Of a stretch of 64,000 bases of DNA, positions 10,883 through 22,300 are shown piece after piece (positions within the stretch are counted from its first letter, which is position 1; each line of letters begins with the position of its first letter). This stretch comes from a virus (Duplodnaviria; Heunggongvirae; Uroviricota; Caudoviricetes), in IMG/VR virus record IMGVR_UViG_3300025896_000021, one strand, 5' to 3'. Made by a program: the position numbers and the translations under genes. The notes under the pieces are model-generated. The model saw nothing but the letters and a program-made list of their open reading frames with translations, did not search any database and was not told the DNA's origin.

Positions 10883-12285
10883 GTAAAGAACTATTTCAGT
10901 GGCGTCAACGAGTATTAGACAGTGTTAGTCCCAGCTTCTGTGCTGCGAAGTGGCTCAACGCTACAATACATCTAGGTCACGGCTATACCCATAGCTGTCA
11001 CTTGCCTATCCCTCATCCTATTAACGTAGAGGAATTGAAGGATAACCCATCGGCTATTCATAATACTGCTCATAAGAAAGAGCAACGCACTAAAATGCTA
11101 GCAGGTGAGCGTCCAAGCGAGTGTGAATACTGCTGGAAGATCGAAGATATAGGACGTGAGAACATCAGTGATAGAGTGTATAAGAGTAAGCCCTACAAAG
11201 AAGCTGATATCATTCGCATAGCCAAAGCTGACCCACAGGATAATGTCAACTTAAAGACACTAGAGATTAGTTTCGACCGCACGTGTAACTTTGGATGTAG
11301 TTATTGCAATGCAGGGTACAGTACAACATGGGCTAAGGACATTAAAGACAATGGAATCTATCAAGGCCTCAAGAGTGATGGTGCAGGTGCTTATCAAAAT
11401 GATGGATCATGGACAGAACCCTACGGCAAGTTCAACGAAGGTAACCCCTATACTGAGGCATTCTTTAAATGGTGGCCTGAACTGAGTAAAGACTTAGAGG
11501 AACTACGAGTTACTGGTGGTGAGCCTACAATGAGCCATCATTTTTGGAAATTATGTGAGGAGATCAAGACGCAAGACTTGAAACACTTACGCTTTGCTAC
11601 GAATAGTAACCTAGGTATGAAGCGTTCATTACTAGAAGACTTGGTTATGTTCACTAAGGAAGCGAATATCAAAGAGTTCGACCTCTATACTAGTAATGAA
11701 GCGTACGGTGAGCAAGCTGAATACATCCGTGACGGTATGGACTATCAAGTATGGCGTGATAATTTGATATATTTCATGGAGAATGCTAAGTTTCGTAGTG
11801 TAACTATTATGATGACCATTACTAGCGTATGCTTATTCAGTATTACTGACTTTTTAGATGATATGATATTGCTAAAGAAACAGTATGGACATAATAGACC
11901 AATGGTTGATTTAAATATCCTGCGCTGGCCTAGTTTCATGAGCCCTATAGCATTGCCGGATCATATTAAAGAATATTGCAGAACGAATCTATTAAATTGG
12001 TTCACTGTCAATAGAGTACATTTAACTGAGGGCGAGAATGCGCAGATTCAACGACTGATTGATTATATTGAAGTAGTTGAAACTCCACACCGCCGTGCTG
12101 TAACTGATAAATCATATTTACATAATGATTTAAAGAGTTTCTACCAACAATATGATTTACGTAGGAATAAAGATATCAATGTATTTCCTGATATCTTTAC
12201 TGATTGGTTAAAAACTATTGAGATAGATAAAACAATTCCAATTAGACTGATCGGGAACGGAGCAATTACTAACTATGACAAGTAA
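10879..12285 (+). CDS. Radical SAM protein, tandem paralog
   Basis: CNFGCSYC, TGGEP, same twitch Cys pattern. Confidence 0.9.
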   Translation: MSKELFQWRQRVLDSVSPSFCAAKWLNATIHLGHGYTHSCHLPIPHPINVEELKDNPSAIHNTAHKKEQRTKMLAGERPSECEYCWKIEDIGRENISDRVYKSKPYKEADIIRIAKADPQDNVNLKTLEISFDRTCNFGCSYCNAGYSTTWAKDIKDNGIYQGLKSDGAGAYQNDGSWTEPYGKFNEGNPYTEAFFKWWPELSKDLEELRVTGGEPTMSHHFWKLCEEIKTQDLKHLRFATNSNLGMKRSLLEDLVMFTKEANIKEFDLYTSNEAYGEQAEYIRDGMDYQVWRDNLIYFMENAKFRSVTIMMTITSVCLFSITDFLDDMILLKKQYGHNRPMVDLNILRWPSFMSPIALPDHIKEYCRTNLLNWFTVNRVHLTEGENAQIQRLIDYIEVVETPHRRAVTDKSYLHNDLKSFYQQYDLRRNKDINVFPDIFTDWLKTIEIDKTIPIRLIGNGAITNYDK

Positions 12286-13564
12286 AATTATATGCACGTC
12301 TGATAGTGATGTAGCCACTACGATATCTGCGTACAATACCCGAGGGGATAGATTTCACTTGGGTAGCGACTGGATTAAGTTTCGTATTAAAGATCCTATA
12401 TCTATGCCGCTATCAACTGCATTGGATAAGAATATTGAAGGGTTCATATTCCATCAGATAGGAACTAGGCAAAGTCCTGATTGGTGGACTGGGTTCAAAC
12501 CCGATAGTTATTTGCCTGGCAAGAATCATGCCACCGTAATTGACAAGTTACCCGAAGCCCTACGAGAAAAATTACGCAATCGCACAGCACTAGTTCATTT
12601 CGATCAATCTATGGAAGCTAATCCATTAATTGACAAATGGTTTAATTACTATGAGGCATTTCATAAAGCATTTATGGAACACGATCTACTAGCAGAACAG
12701 TTTGTAATTACAACCTGCAATTTAAGTGAGAGCCGGTTATATGATAAATGGTGCAGTGATAATAATATTACTTCTAAAATGATTATAGTTGAGGCTAACT
12801 TCTTTGCATCAGCTTGCGCTCAGGATCATTTCTTTTTACCAGGCCCGATCACTATACCCTTCATTAAGCATATAGAACATAAAAGAGATAATGAGGTGCA
12901 ATTATTCAATTGCTTGAATAGAGTAGTTAGAGAGCACAGAGTTGCATTTGTAGCCATGCTTAATTACTATGGATTAGTAGACGATAACAAAGTGAGCCAT
13001 GATTTCTATCCCAATCATTTTAAAAATGATATAGTTATCAATGAATTTGCCCCTCATCCTGCATTCGAGCATGCCAATGTTATTAAGACTAATCAGAAAT
13101 TGCCATTGATCCTTGACACCATTCAGTTTCAGGTCAATAAAGCACAGAATCTATACGTAGATGTATATCTAAATACATGGGTTAGCGTCATCACTGAAAC
13201 CTTCTATTATGAATACCCTGATCAGGCAATATTCTTTAGTGAGAAGATATATAAACCCATGAGAGCATTGCATCCTTTTATTATAGTAGGAGCAAAAGGT
13301 AGTCTCCGTGAATTGAAAGCACAGGGGTTTAAGACATTTAGTAATTGGTGGGACGAAAGCTACGATGACATAGAAGAACCTACTGCTAGATTAGAAGCTA
13401 TTTGCAAACTCTTATTGCAGTTGAGCATTAAACCAAAGGCTGAGTGGGAACATCTCTATCCTCATATGGAATCGGTACTGCAACATAACTATCAGCATTT
13501 ACTGAACACCGATTGGTTAAAAGATTTGAAACCTAAAATAATTGACAGGATACAACATGATTGA
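12275..13564 (+). CDS. Putative glycosyltransferase-like protein (SEK-x-x-KP family)
   Basis: VITET...FFSEKIYKP...PFIIVG...GFKTF...DESYD. Confidence 0.5.
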   Translation: MTSKIICTSDSDVATTISAYNTRGDRFHLGSDWIKFRIKDPISMPLSTALDKNIEGFIFHQIGTRQSPDWWTGFKPDSYLPGKNHATVIDKLPEALREKLRNRTALVHFDQSMEANPLIDKWFNYYEAFHKAFMEHDLLAEQFVITTCNLSESRLYDKWCSDNNITSKMIIVEANFFASACAQDHFFLPGPITIPFIKHIEHKRDNEVQLFNCLNRVVREHRVAFVAMLNYYGLVDDNKVSHDFYPNHFKNDIVINEFAPHPAFEHANVIKTNQKLPLILDTIQFQVNKAQNLYVDVYLNTWVSVITETFYYEYPDQAIFFSEKIYKPMRALHPFIIVGAKGSLRELKAQGFKTFSNWWDESYDDIEEPTARLEAICKLLLQLSIKPKAEWEHLYPHMESVLQHNYQHLLNTDWLKDLKPKIIDRIQHD

Positions 13565-14324
13565 TTTTACAAAATACAAAAGATTCTTTGCATTTGGATG
13601 CAGTATGACTCGCTATCAATGGCCTACTTGGGCTGATATGATAGGACAAGAGATCCCTACGTATATTAACTGTGCTCAAAGCGGCGCAGGAAATATCTTT
13701 ATTAGCAATCAAATAGCTGAATCTAATATGCGGTATAAGTTTAACGAAGATGATCTAGTTATGGTTATGTGGAGTACTATCACTAGAGAGGATCGTTACG
13801 TAGAAAACCAATGGCATTGTCATGGGAATATCTATTATCAAAATTTCTATGACAAAGACTTTCTGATGAAGTATGTAGACAACCGTGGACAATTAATTAG
13901 AGACTTGGCATTGATTTCAATGTCAGACTGTTTACTACAAACTACTAAAGCAACATATCATATGTTGTCAATGCAACCATTAGAAGCAGTGATACGTGAC
14001 ACCACTAATAAATTAGAAGGCGAGTACCAAGATGTCCTTGATCTATACAAGCCTGTCATTGACTTGTTAAAGAATGATCTACTTACGATCGGGTGCGATA
14101 GTAAATGGGGGTCACTCCCAATCAGACATAATATTCCGGGCGGTCAAACTCACGACTATCATCCGGCACCTAAGGCGCATTTTAACTTTGTTAATAAAGT
14201 ATTCCCGAACCTTACCTGGTCTCAGAAAACGATTGATTTTATGGAATTTCATGACGATGTGGTAATGAAGGCCAAGTCTCAGGATGACTTAGTTTATCAA
14301 GCGCCCTGGCCACCTAGACTGTAA
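13557..14324 (+). CDS. SGNH/GDSL-like hydrolase or acyltransferase
   Basis: FGCSMT, GAGN and DYHP blocks. Confidence 0.55.
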   Translation: MIDFTKYKRFFAFGCSMTRYQWPTWADMIGQEIPTYINCAQSGAGNIFISNQIAESNMRYKFNEDDLVMVMWSTITREDRYVENQWHCHGNIYYQNFYDKDFLMKYVDNRGQLIRDLALISMSDCLLQTTKATYHMLSMQPLEAVIRDTTNKLEGEYQDVLDLYKPVIDLLKNDLLTIGCDSKWGSLPIRHNIPGGQTHDYHPAPKAHFNFVNKVFPNLTWSQKTIDFMEFHDDVVMKAKSQDDLVYQAPWPPRL

Positions 14325-14375
14325 ATTAAATTCGGGGGAGAGTAATCCTTTTAAATACAGTAAGAGGAAATATTT

Positions 14376-15599
14376 ATGAACATCGGATTTATTGGAATAG
14401 GAAAACTAGGCCTGGCCTGCGCAGAAGTTATGGCAAAGCAACATGTCGTAGACGGATATGATGTACAACCGGTGATCAGTGACAATGTGAATGTCGTTTT
14501 TAGTATAGAATTAGCAGTAAAAGACAAAGACATTGTATTCATTGCAGTACCTACCCCGCACAGTAAAGAGTATGATGGTTCTACACCTAGTGCCCACTTA
14601 GCTACAAAGGACTTTAACTATGACATTGTAAAAGAATGCTTAGTAGAAGCAAACAAGTATATGAACAAGAATCAATTGTTGGTTCTTATCTCTACCGTAC
14701 TACCTGGCACTACTCGCAATCAATTTGTTAATTTGATTCCTAATACTCGCTTTATCTACAATCCATACTTAATTGCAATGGGCAGTGTAGCATGGGACTT
14801 TGTAAACCCCGAGATGGTTATGATCGGTACAGAAGATGGTAGTGAAACGGGTGATGCACAACTACTAATCAACTTCTATAAGACTATGATGCAGAACGAA
14901 CCTCGCTATGTAGTAGGTACATGGGACGAGTGTGAATGTATCAAAGTGTTCTACAATACTTTCATCAGTGCTAAGATTGGATTGGTCAACATGATCCAAG
15001 ACGTTGCAGTGAAGCAAGGTAATATCAACGTAGACGTAGTAACCAAAGCATTAGCAGACAGTACAATGCGTATCATGGGACCTAAGTACATGACAGCAGG
15101 CATGGGCGATGCAGGAGCTTGTCATCCACGTGATAACATTGCACTACGTTACATGGCAGAACAATTAGACTTGGGTTATGACTTGTTCGGCTCTATCATG
15201 CAAGCACGTGAGATACAAGCTAAGAATCTTGCACAATGCTTAGTTGACGAGGCAAATAGTACCGGAATGCATATCTTCATACATGGTAAAGCATACAAGC
15301 CTAATGTCTCTTACACGGATGGAAGCTACAGTACACTAGTGGGACATTATGTAGAAGAAATGGGGCATGGGGTATTTTATGTTGATCCATTGACTGAAGA
15401 AACTGTCACTACCCATATCAAAGGAGTGGTATTGCTAGCACACTGCGCAGAATTAACGTATGATTATGCTGATGTTGAAAAAGCACAGAAGCTATATTGT
15501 GAAATTGTTTCTGGAAGCACCGTAGTCGATCCATGGCGTAGATACACAACTGACAACAACCAAATCAAAGTAATTCATTATGGTAACACTAGACCTTGA
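14376..15599 (+). CDS. ugd: UDP-glucose/GDP-mannose 6-dehydrogenase
   Basis: GIGKLG Rossmann motif, AVPTP, K-x-x-x-N, GAC(H)PRD catalytic Cys, AYKPN. Confidence 0.88.
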   Translation: MNIGFIGIGKLGLACAEVMAKQHVVDGYDVQPVISDNVNVVFSIELAVKDKDIVFIAVPTPHSKEYDGSTPSAHLATKDFNYDIVKECLVEANKYMNKNQLLVLISTVLPGTTRNQFVNLIPNTRFIYNPYLIAMGSVAWDFVNPEMVMIGTEDGSETGDAQLLINFYKTMMQNEPRYVVGTWDECECIKVFYNTFISAKIGLVNMIQDVAVKQGNINVDVVTKALADSTMRIMGPKYMTAGMGDAGACHPRDNIALRYMAEQLDLGYDLFGSIMQAREIQAKNLAQCLVDEANSTGMHIFIHGKAYKPNVSYTDGSYSTLVGHYVEEMGHGVFYVDPLTEETVTTHIKGVVLLAHCAELTYDYADVEKAQKLYCEIVSGSTVVDPWRRYTTDNNQIKVIHYGNTRP

Positions 15600-16713
15600 C
15601 AAGCGTGGTTATTATTTAGTAGGTTGGAAGAAATTCTACAATAAGACCGAAGCCGTAACTTACGCCACTAAGAATAGCTTTGAAGTTAGATGGGTGTTCA
15701 ACGATAGTGTATATTCTACTATCGACTGGACTATCCCAATCGAGGTGCCCCTGCCGCAATTATATAGAATGAGAGCGCAACAATTACGGGACAAGTATGA
15801 CTATATCGTGTTGCACTTTAGTGGAGGACAAGATAGCATGAACGTCCTTCATAGTTTCTTAGATAACGATATAAAATTAGATCATATTGTAATTCAAGTA
15901 CCAGAACCAGAACGTAAGCGCACTAAAGAAAATGATACTGATTGGAGTAATTACTGGGCCGAGATTGATTATCAAACGATACCATACCTAAAGAGTTTGG
16001 GCAGCAAGATAGATGGAATCAAAATCACAATTCAAGATATGTCAACTTCAACTACTGAATTATTTGCTAAGGACAATTGGACTGAGAAACTACTACCTAA
16101 CGCTAGTAGTAACTTAGGAGTAATTGCTAGAGCAATGGCTCAATATAAGACAAACGAAATATTAGAAGTAGCAGAGAAAGGCAAGATTAGCTGTCAATTA
16201 TTAGGAATAGATAAACCATTAGTATACTTTGATGGCATAGATTATTATTCGTTCTTCTTAGATCAATCCGCTTATCATATGCATCCTATGGATAGCACAA
16301 TGAGTGACTTGTTTATTAACTCAGCTACTGAATTCTTTTACTGGACTCCTGATTTACCCGAGATCGTAGTTAAGCAAGCACAAGAGATTAAGAAAGCCTG
16401 TATTGCTAATGATTTGTACAGAAGTGTATTCACAAAGACGCACGAGCATGAAGTGGGTATATTTAGGGCATTGATGCAGCATATAATTTATGATCCTAAG
16501 TATGCTCCTAAGTTTCAAACTAATAAACCACCGGTACCAACAGCAGGCCCGATTCTAAACAAATGGTTCTTTAGCGAGACTGACGAAAATCTAGTTAAGA
16601 ACTATGAATACGCATTACAGTATATCAGCAGCCATATTGATACTAAGTTCTATAACAAAGATACTAGAGGACATGGCTATAAATCACTGTCGAGTAAATT
16701 TTACAAACTATGA
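15580..16713 (+). CDS. PP-loop (adenine nucleotide alpha hydrolase) protein
   Basis: FSGGQDS PP-loop motif. Confidence 0.65.
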   Translation: MVTLDLDKRGYYLVGWKKFYNKTEAVTYATKNSFEVRWVFNDSVYSTIDWTIPIEVPLPQLYRMRAQQLRDKYDYIVLHFSGGQDSMNVLHSFLDNDIKLDHIVIQVPEPERKRTKENDTDWSNYWAEIDYQTIPYLKSLGSKIDGIKITIQDMSTSTTELFAKDNWTEKLLPNASSNLGVIARAMAQYKTNEILEVAEKGKISCQLLGIDKPLVYFDGIDYYSFFLDQSAYHMHPMDSTMSDLFINSATEFFYWTPDLPEIVVKQAQEIKKACIANDLYRSVFTKTHEHEVGIFRALMQHIIYDPKYAPKFQTNKPPVPTAGPILNKWFFSETDENLVKNYEYALQYISSHIDTKFYNKDTRGHGYKSLSSKFYKL

Positions 16714-17618
16714 AAATTCTAATACTAATCTTAGCTATACTGTCATTTAACTGCAACGCAGATCAATATACCAAAAACATAAATGTCATCGTGTCATTGG
16801 GCGCCGGCTCAATAGTAGATACTACTTGCAGAAAGATATTTGAAATATATGATCAACTGAATAACACAAATACAGTGATTACTAATATGGCAGGTGCCGA
16901 CCATATGGTTGCGCATAAGCATTTCATTACGTTAACTGAGCCTAGCATTCTATGTGCTGGTACTAGTGTGGGTGGATTGAATCAATTTAAAAATCCTACT
17001 ATCAGCCCTGCTACTGACACCCTTAAACCTGTAATCAATTTGTTCTCTAGTACGTTCTTGATTCTAGCTCCTGTTACAGGCGCTGGCTCGGTCGAAGAAT
17101 TAATAAGCAATAGCAAAAGAACGGGTAAGAGTATACTAGTCGGAGCCCCCACAACCAACACCGCTGCTGCATTTACTTATATTCTAGATAAAACTAACAG
17201 CAACTACGAAGTTGTGGTCTTTCGAAAACCATCAGATGCGGTTGCGGCACTGAGAGAAGGTGCGATTGATGTGTATGTAGATGGTGGATCACTGAATCAG
17301 TTAATTGATACTGCTAAGGCTAAAGAAATAGCACATATTATGGCTGGAGCTTCTAGAAATGAGTCGGTAAATTTACGCAATAAATATACTGAAATCGACC
17401 CACTAATGACTAAAATCATGTTGCACGTTAAGAGTGATGTTCCTGATAGTGAAATCGCTATATTGAACGCACGGGTTAACTCTGCTATGAATTCAACTCA
17501 ATTTAAATCTTATGCTAAGGATCGAATGAGCATACATACTATTACTAATGGGACTGTTAAGCAAGCTGAACAGACTCTACTCAATCTAAGGAATTATCTA
17601 AAAAATGTTCGTAATTAA
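16710..17618 (+). CDS. Bug/TctC tripartite tricarboxylate transporter substrate-binding protein
   Basis: Signal peptide; VIVSLGAGSIVD, NMAGA and LREGAIDV match the Bug pattern. Confidence 0.7.
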   Translation: MKILILILAILSFNCNADQYTKNINVIVSLGAGSIVDTTCRKIFEIYDQLNNTNTVITNMAGADHMVAHKHFITLTEPSILCAGTSVGGLNQFKNPTISPATDTLKPVINLFSSTFLILAPVTGAGSVEELISNSKRTGKSILVGAPTTNTAAAFTYILDKTNSNYEVVVFRKPSDAVAALREGAIDVYVDGGSLNQLIDTAKAKEIAHIMAGASRNESVNLRNKYTEIDPLMTKIMLHVKSDVPDSEIAILNARVNSAMNSTQFKSYAKDRMSIHTITNGTVKQAEQTLLNLRNYLKNVRN

Positions 17619-17703
17619 CTTCTTCAAGAATCTCATGCGTGAGTACAAGTATCGAAAACGCCTAAAAGAAATGCGTAAAAAAGATCCATTCATCTACAAA
17701 TGA
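17605..17703 (+). CDS. Small basic protein (32 aa, ...YRKRLKEMRKKDPFIYK)
   Basis: Not in ORF track; ATGA overlap with carbamoyltransferase. Confidence 0.65.
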   Translation: MFVINFFKNLMREYKYRKRLKEMRKKDPFIYK

Positions 17704-19193
17704 ATTACATAGGGATTAGCTCTGGGTTCCATGATGCTGCCATCAGTGTCGTGAATAGTTACGGGGAAATTATATTTGCAGGGCATAGTGAACGGTACAG
17801 TAACTTTAAACATGACTCGCACTTATGTTTGCCTCTAATCACTGATGCAAAATCATATATGGATAGTGATGACTATGAAGTTCATTACTATGAAAGACCT
17901 TGGCTCAAGTACTTACGTCAACTACGTGCAGGAGAACCCACTTGCATTGCAAACATATCAGTCAAAAATGTTATCGGTAGAAGTACTATTAAATATCAGT
18001 TAGGTAACAAGACTGTTCATACTCATAATCATCATTTAAGTCATGCTGCTGCTGGCTTTCAAACCAGTCCCTTTGATGACGCTACTGTTGTTATCATTGA
18101 TGCCATTGGAGAGTTTGACACTATCAGTATATGGGATGCTTCATATGATGAGGACACCGGACGTGCTGAATATAAAAAGGTATGGGGACAAACTTATCCT
18201 GACAGTATAGGACTATTCTATAGTGCAATGACTGCTAGAGTGGGACTACGCCCACTAGATGAAGAATATATTTTAATGGGTATGGCAGCATATGGCCAGT
18301 CACGTCACTCGGGTGAAATCTATGACACTCTTGTTGCATCAGCAAGAGAGTTACGATTCGATAAAAACTTGCACATAGGAGTACCCGACAACTTCTTAGA
18401 GGGTGCAAACAACATGGATATTGCTACTAGTACACAAATTGTTACAGAGCATTTGATCCAGCATGTCATTAGTAAGGCCCGTATGTTAGGCAAGAGTAAG
18501 AATCTTGTATATGGTGGCGGTGTAGCACTAAACTGTTTAGCTAATAGATTACTAGGAAATTACTATGATAACATTTGGATCATGCCAAATCCGGGCGATG
18601 CAGGCTCTAGTCTCGGTGCAGCATGTCTTGGGTACAAGTATAAAGTTAATTGGAATGATGCTTATCTTGGGCATGACATTGTTGGGAACTATCCTGTTAA
18701 TAGTTTACTTGATGTGTTACTTACTGACCGCATCGTTGGTGTCGCATCAGGTCGCGCAGAGTTCGGCCCGAGAGCATTGGGAAACAGAAGTCTCCTTGCA
18801 GACCCTAGAGGTAGTGAAATTAAGGATAAAGTAAATGAAATCAAACGTAGACAAAAATTCAGACCATTTGCGCCGGTCATTCTGGAAGAGTATGCTGATA
18901 ATTATTTCAGCATGCCTGATGGCTGGGATAATAGTAGGTATATGCAAGTCATCAGTACTTGTAGGCATCCTGACTTATTTCCTGCTATCGTGCATCATGA
19001 TGGGACTAGTCGTGTCCAAACTGTCCCAAAAGATGGAAGCGGAATTAGAGAACTCCTTGAAAAGTGGTTCGTCTTGACAGGATGCCCTATGCTGCTTAAC
19101 ACTAGCTTGAATGTTAGGGGTGAACCAATGGTTAATGATCGGGCAGATGCAGACAGATTTGAACAATTGTATGGGGTCAAGGTTTTATCGTGA
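17700..19193 (+). CDS. NodU/CmcH/TobZ-family carbamoyltransferase
   Basis: HDAA, HHLSHAA, GGVALNC, EFGPRALGNRS, RPFAP, LLNTSLN. Confidence 0.93.
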   Translation: MNYIGISSGFHDAAISVVNSYGEIIFAGHSERYSNFKHDSHLCLPLITDAKSYMDSDDYEVHYYERPWLKYLRQLRAGEPTCIANISVKNVIGRSTIKYQLGNKTVHTHNHHLSHAAAGFQTSPFDDATVVIIDAIGEFDTISIWDASYDEDTGRAEYKKVWGQTYPDSIGLFYSAMTARVGLRPLDEEYILMGMAAYGQSRHSGEIYDTLVASARELRFDKNLHIGVPDNFLEGANNMDIATSTQIVTEHLIQHVISKARMLGKSKNLVYGGGVALNCLANRLLGNYYDNIWIMPNPGDAGSSLGAACLGYKYKVNWNDAYLGHDIVGNYPVNSLLDVLLTDRIVGVASGRAEFGPRALGNRSLLADPRGSEIKDKVNEIKRRQKFRPFAPVILEEYADNYFSMPDGWDNSRYMQVISTCRHPDLFPAIVHHDGTSRVQTVPKDGSGIRELLEKWFVLTGCPMLLNTSLNVRGEPMVNDRADADRFEQLYGVKVLS

Positions 19194-19366
19194 CTGAAAT
19201 TCATGCACGTACTATTGCTAGGACAATTTCATATAGAATAGTTGCATTACTAATCACTGCACTATGGACAGGGTTAGGTGAAGCGGTAGCAATTCACATT
19301 GTATTAGCGATAGTTCAATATCTCATTGAGAGGTTATGGCTAAAGATTCAATGGGGCAAATACTGA
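19190..19366 (+). CDS. Small membrane protein, DUF2061-like (58 aa)
   Basis: GTGA overlap; RTIARTISYR...ERLWLKIQWG. Confidence 0.65.
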   Translation: MTEIHARTIARTISYRIVALLITALWTGLGEAVAIHIVLAIVQYLIERLWLKIQWGKY

Positions 19367-19379
19367 CATAAGTATATGC

Positions 19380-22300
19380 ATGTTAAGAGATGTATTTTAC
19401 TTCGGCAACAAGCCACACGCACACCCGAGAGAGCAACATGCAACTGACTTAGCACACGCTAGGTCATTATCCACTACAGAGCATTTCTGGGTAATTACTG
19501 AATGCAGTGATTATCAAAATTTTGATTGGGATTGGGATTTTGAGTTCTTGCCCGACGAAGATGCATGGACAAGTGATTTCAACAATGTGTGGCCTAGTGA
19601 GTTTGACAAAGATAGTGGAACTTGGCTTTGCACTGAACTAGACGTAGATACATTTATCTATCGTACTGACGTTTCCCCAATCAAACTAAAGAATCAATCT
19701 TGGAAGTTCTTATCACCGATTGATATGTCAAGCATTGATGTATTGTGGAGACCTGACCCTAATGAGTCGCCCTACATCTACACTTGGGGTAATAAGCATG
19801 TACCGGCTGAGGTTGAACCGACGCTAGAGTATCATGTTAAAACCGCAACCGATAGAAAGTACATGGGCAATGTACAAGTTTTTCCTCAATGGGATAGATG
19901 GACTGAATCAATTAAAGTAGACAAAGCTACGTTTGATTTTACTTGGAGACCTGATCCAACTAGTCCTCCTTATATCTATGTATGGGGTAACAAATACGAT
20001 GCAGCAGAAATTAAACCAACAGTAGAATATAAAGTCCCCGGCGCTACTGAAAAGAAGTATATGGGCATCGTAGACTTAGAGCCTGAATGGGATAGATGGA
20101 ACGAGTTTATCAAAGTAGACAAAACTACGTTTGATATGAGTTGGAGACCTGATCCTAACTTACATGAGCCACCTTACGTTTACGTATGGGGCAACATATA
20201 TGACCCGGCAGAAGTCAAGCCTACTATACAGTACCTAGTTCCTGGAGCTACAGAAGTAAAGTACATGGGTACAGTAGACTTAGCACCTGAATGGGATAGA
20301 TGGACTGAACATCTACTAGTAGATAGAACAACTTTTGACTTTAGCTGGAGACCTGATCCTAACTTACATGAGCCTCCGTATATTTACGTATGGGGTAACA
20401 AGTTTCATTCAGCAGAACAGAAAACAACAATTGAGTATATCGTCCCAGGAGCAACTGAAAAGAAGTACATGGGCATTGCTGACTTAGCACCTGAATGGGA
20501 TAGATGGAATGAGTTAATAGCAGTAGACAAGAATAGTTTTGACTTTAGATGGAGACCCGATCCTAATTTACATGAGCCACCTCTTGTGTATGTGTTTGGT
20601 AACAAATGGAATGATAGTAAGACAGAACCTACCCTTGAGTATGTTGTACCGGGGGCTACTATCAAAAAGTACATGGATTATCCTGTTGCTCTACCTAAGA
20701 TTGATATGTCATTGTGGACAGTGAACAACAGTGAAGACTTACAGACATTTGATTTCAGTTGGAGACCCAATCCACATAGTCAACCTCAAATTTATCAATG
20801 GGTGAACAACGGCCCTAGATATACTCAACCAGCTGCGACTGAAGTAGTGTTGATGGAGTATGAAGATAGTAATCGTGAGGGAATTGTCAATCGTTACTCT
20901 ATTAAAACGACACTAGAAGAACTGATTAATGAACACCCAGATGAAGTCTTCTGGGTATTGAACCCCGACTTGACTTATGATAAGTTTGATTTTAGTTGGA
21001 GACCCACTAACGAGAACTTCCGCCATATCAACACGTTTGGTAATGAGTTCAGTAAGAATACACAGACATACTATATCAACGGACCTATGTACAAACTAGG
21101 TCACCGTGAAATAAACTATGTAGTAGATCAAACAGTGGCTATTGAAACTAATTTAAGCATGTTCTACATTGATCGGGGTAACGGCGGTGATAGATATGAC
21201 GCACTGAAAATACGTTATCCTCAACTACAAAAGACTCGCTATTTAAATAGCTGGGTAGAAACTATCCAACGTTGTTGCAACAAGAGTGAGTCTAAACTAT
21301 TCTGGGTAGTAAACAGTGAACTTGAATACGGTGGGTTTATGTTTGACTTCTATCCTAGCCCGTGGCAGATGGATATGGTTCATGTGTTTGGAACTCAATG
21401 GAGTCATTGGGGAAATACTTACCTAGTGAACAAGGACACGTTTGAAGAATCTACAAAGTATGTGAAGGTCATTGAACATTTGAACATATTGAACTTTGTT
21501 AAGACTAAGAGAGCACAAGCAGTTGAAGTGTTATACGATATCGTCTACATCGACCATAGTAATCTGTCTGACACAGACCTCAGTGATATCACCCATGAGG
21601 GAAGATTGATTGTTAAGTACGATACTAGCTATTTGGACACGCTGAAAACAATAGTAAAGTCATTACCAGTTAAGAAGGAACATTATGTTTGGGTTGTCAG
21701 TACCATCTGTGAATACTTTCAGTTTGACTTTACTTATATGTGTGACCCTTACGCTAAGGATCAATTGCACGTGTTCCCTAGCGATAAGCAAAAGTTCGGG
21801 GACACATTCTTAATTGACGTGAACAAATTGCGAACATTGATTGATGGTATGGTTGTGCTTGAAGACTATGTGAAAATTAATTACAACCAGCATCAACGGG
21901 CAAAACGATTGCCCGCACCTATTTTTATAAATGAAAAGGATACTCATGTCTCTATTACTGATTTTGATTTTAATTGGCCTTATGCTACGATTCTCTCGGC
22001 AGACAACAAAGAAATAAGAGTAACAAACGATGAACCCATGAGTTTGTGGACTCCTGAAACTAAGAACATAACTGTTCATAGTACCGGCGGAACATATATT
22101 ACTGTACCAAAAGAAGCTAAAAACTACGTGAAGAAAGAACTTTATGATTACCCGTATATCAAGCGTGTAGACAAGCTAGTTTATAGTAACCCACTTGACA
22201 TTGTATTCTTTAGTAACGGCGAAGCTAATGCTGATGAAAACTACGAGCACCTTTTGTTTATGACAGGTGATTTAGCGAATAGAGTTATCAGAGTAGATGG

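Noticed and set aside
19700-20780. Diversity-generating retroelement template/variable repeats
   Set aside because: Tandem in-frame protein repeats with differences not restricted to adenines; no reverse transcriptase in the window.
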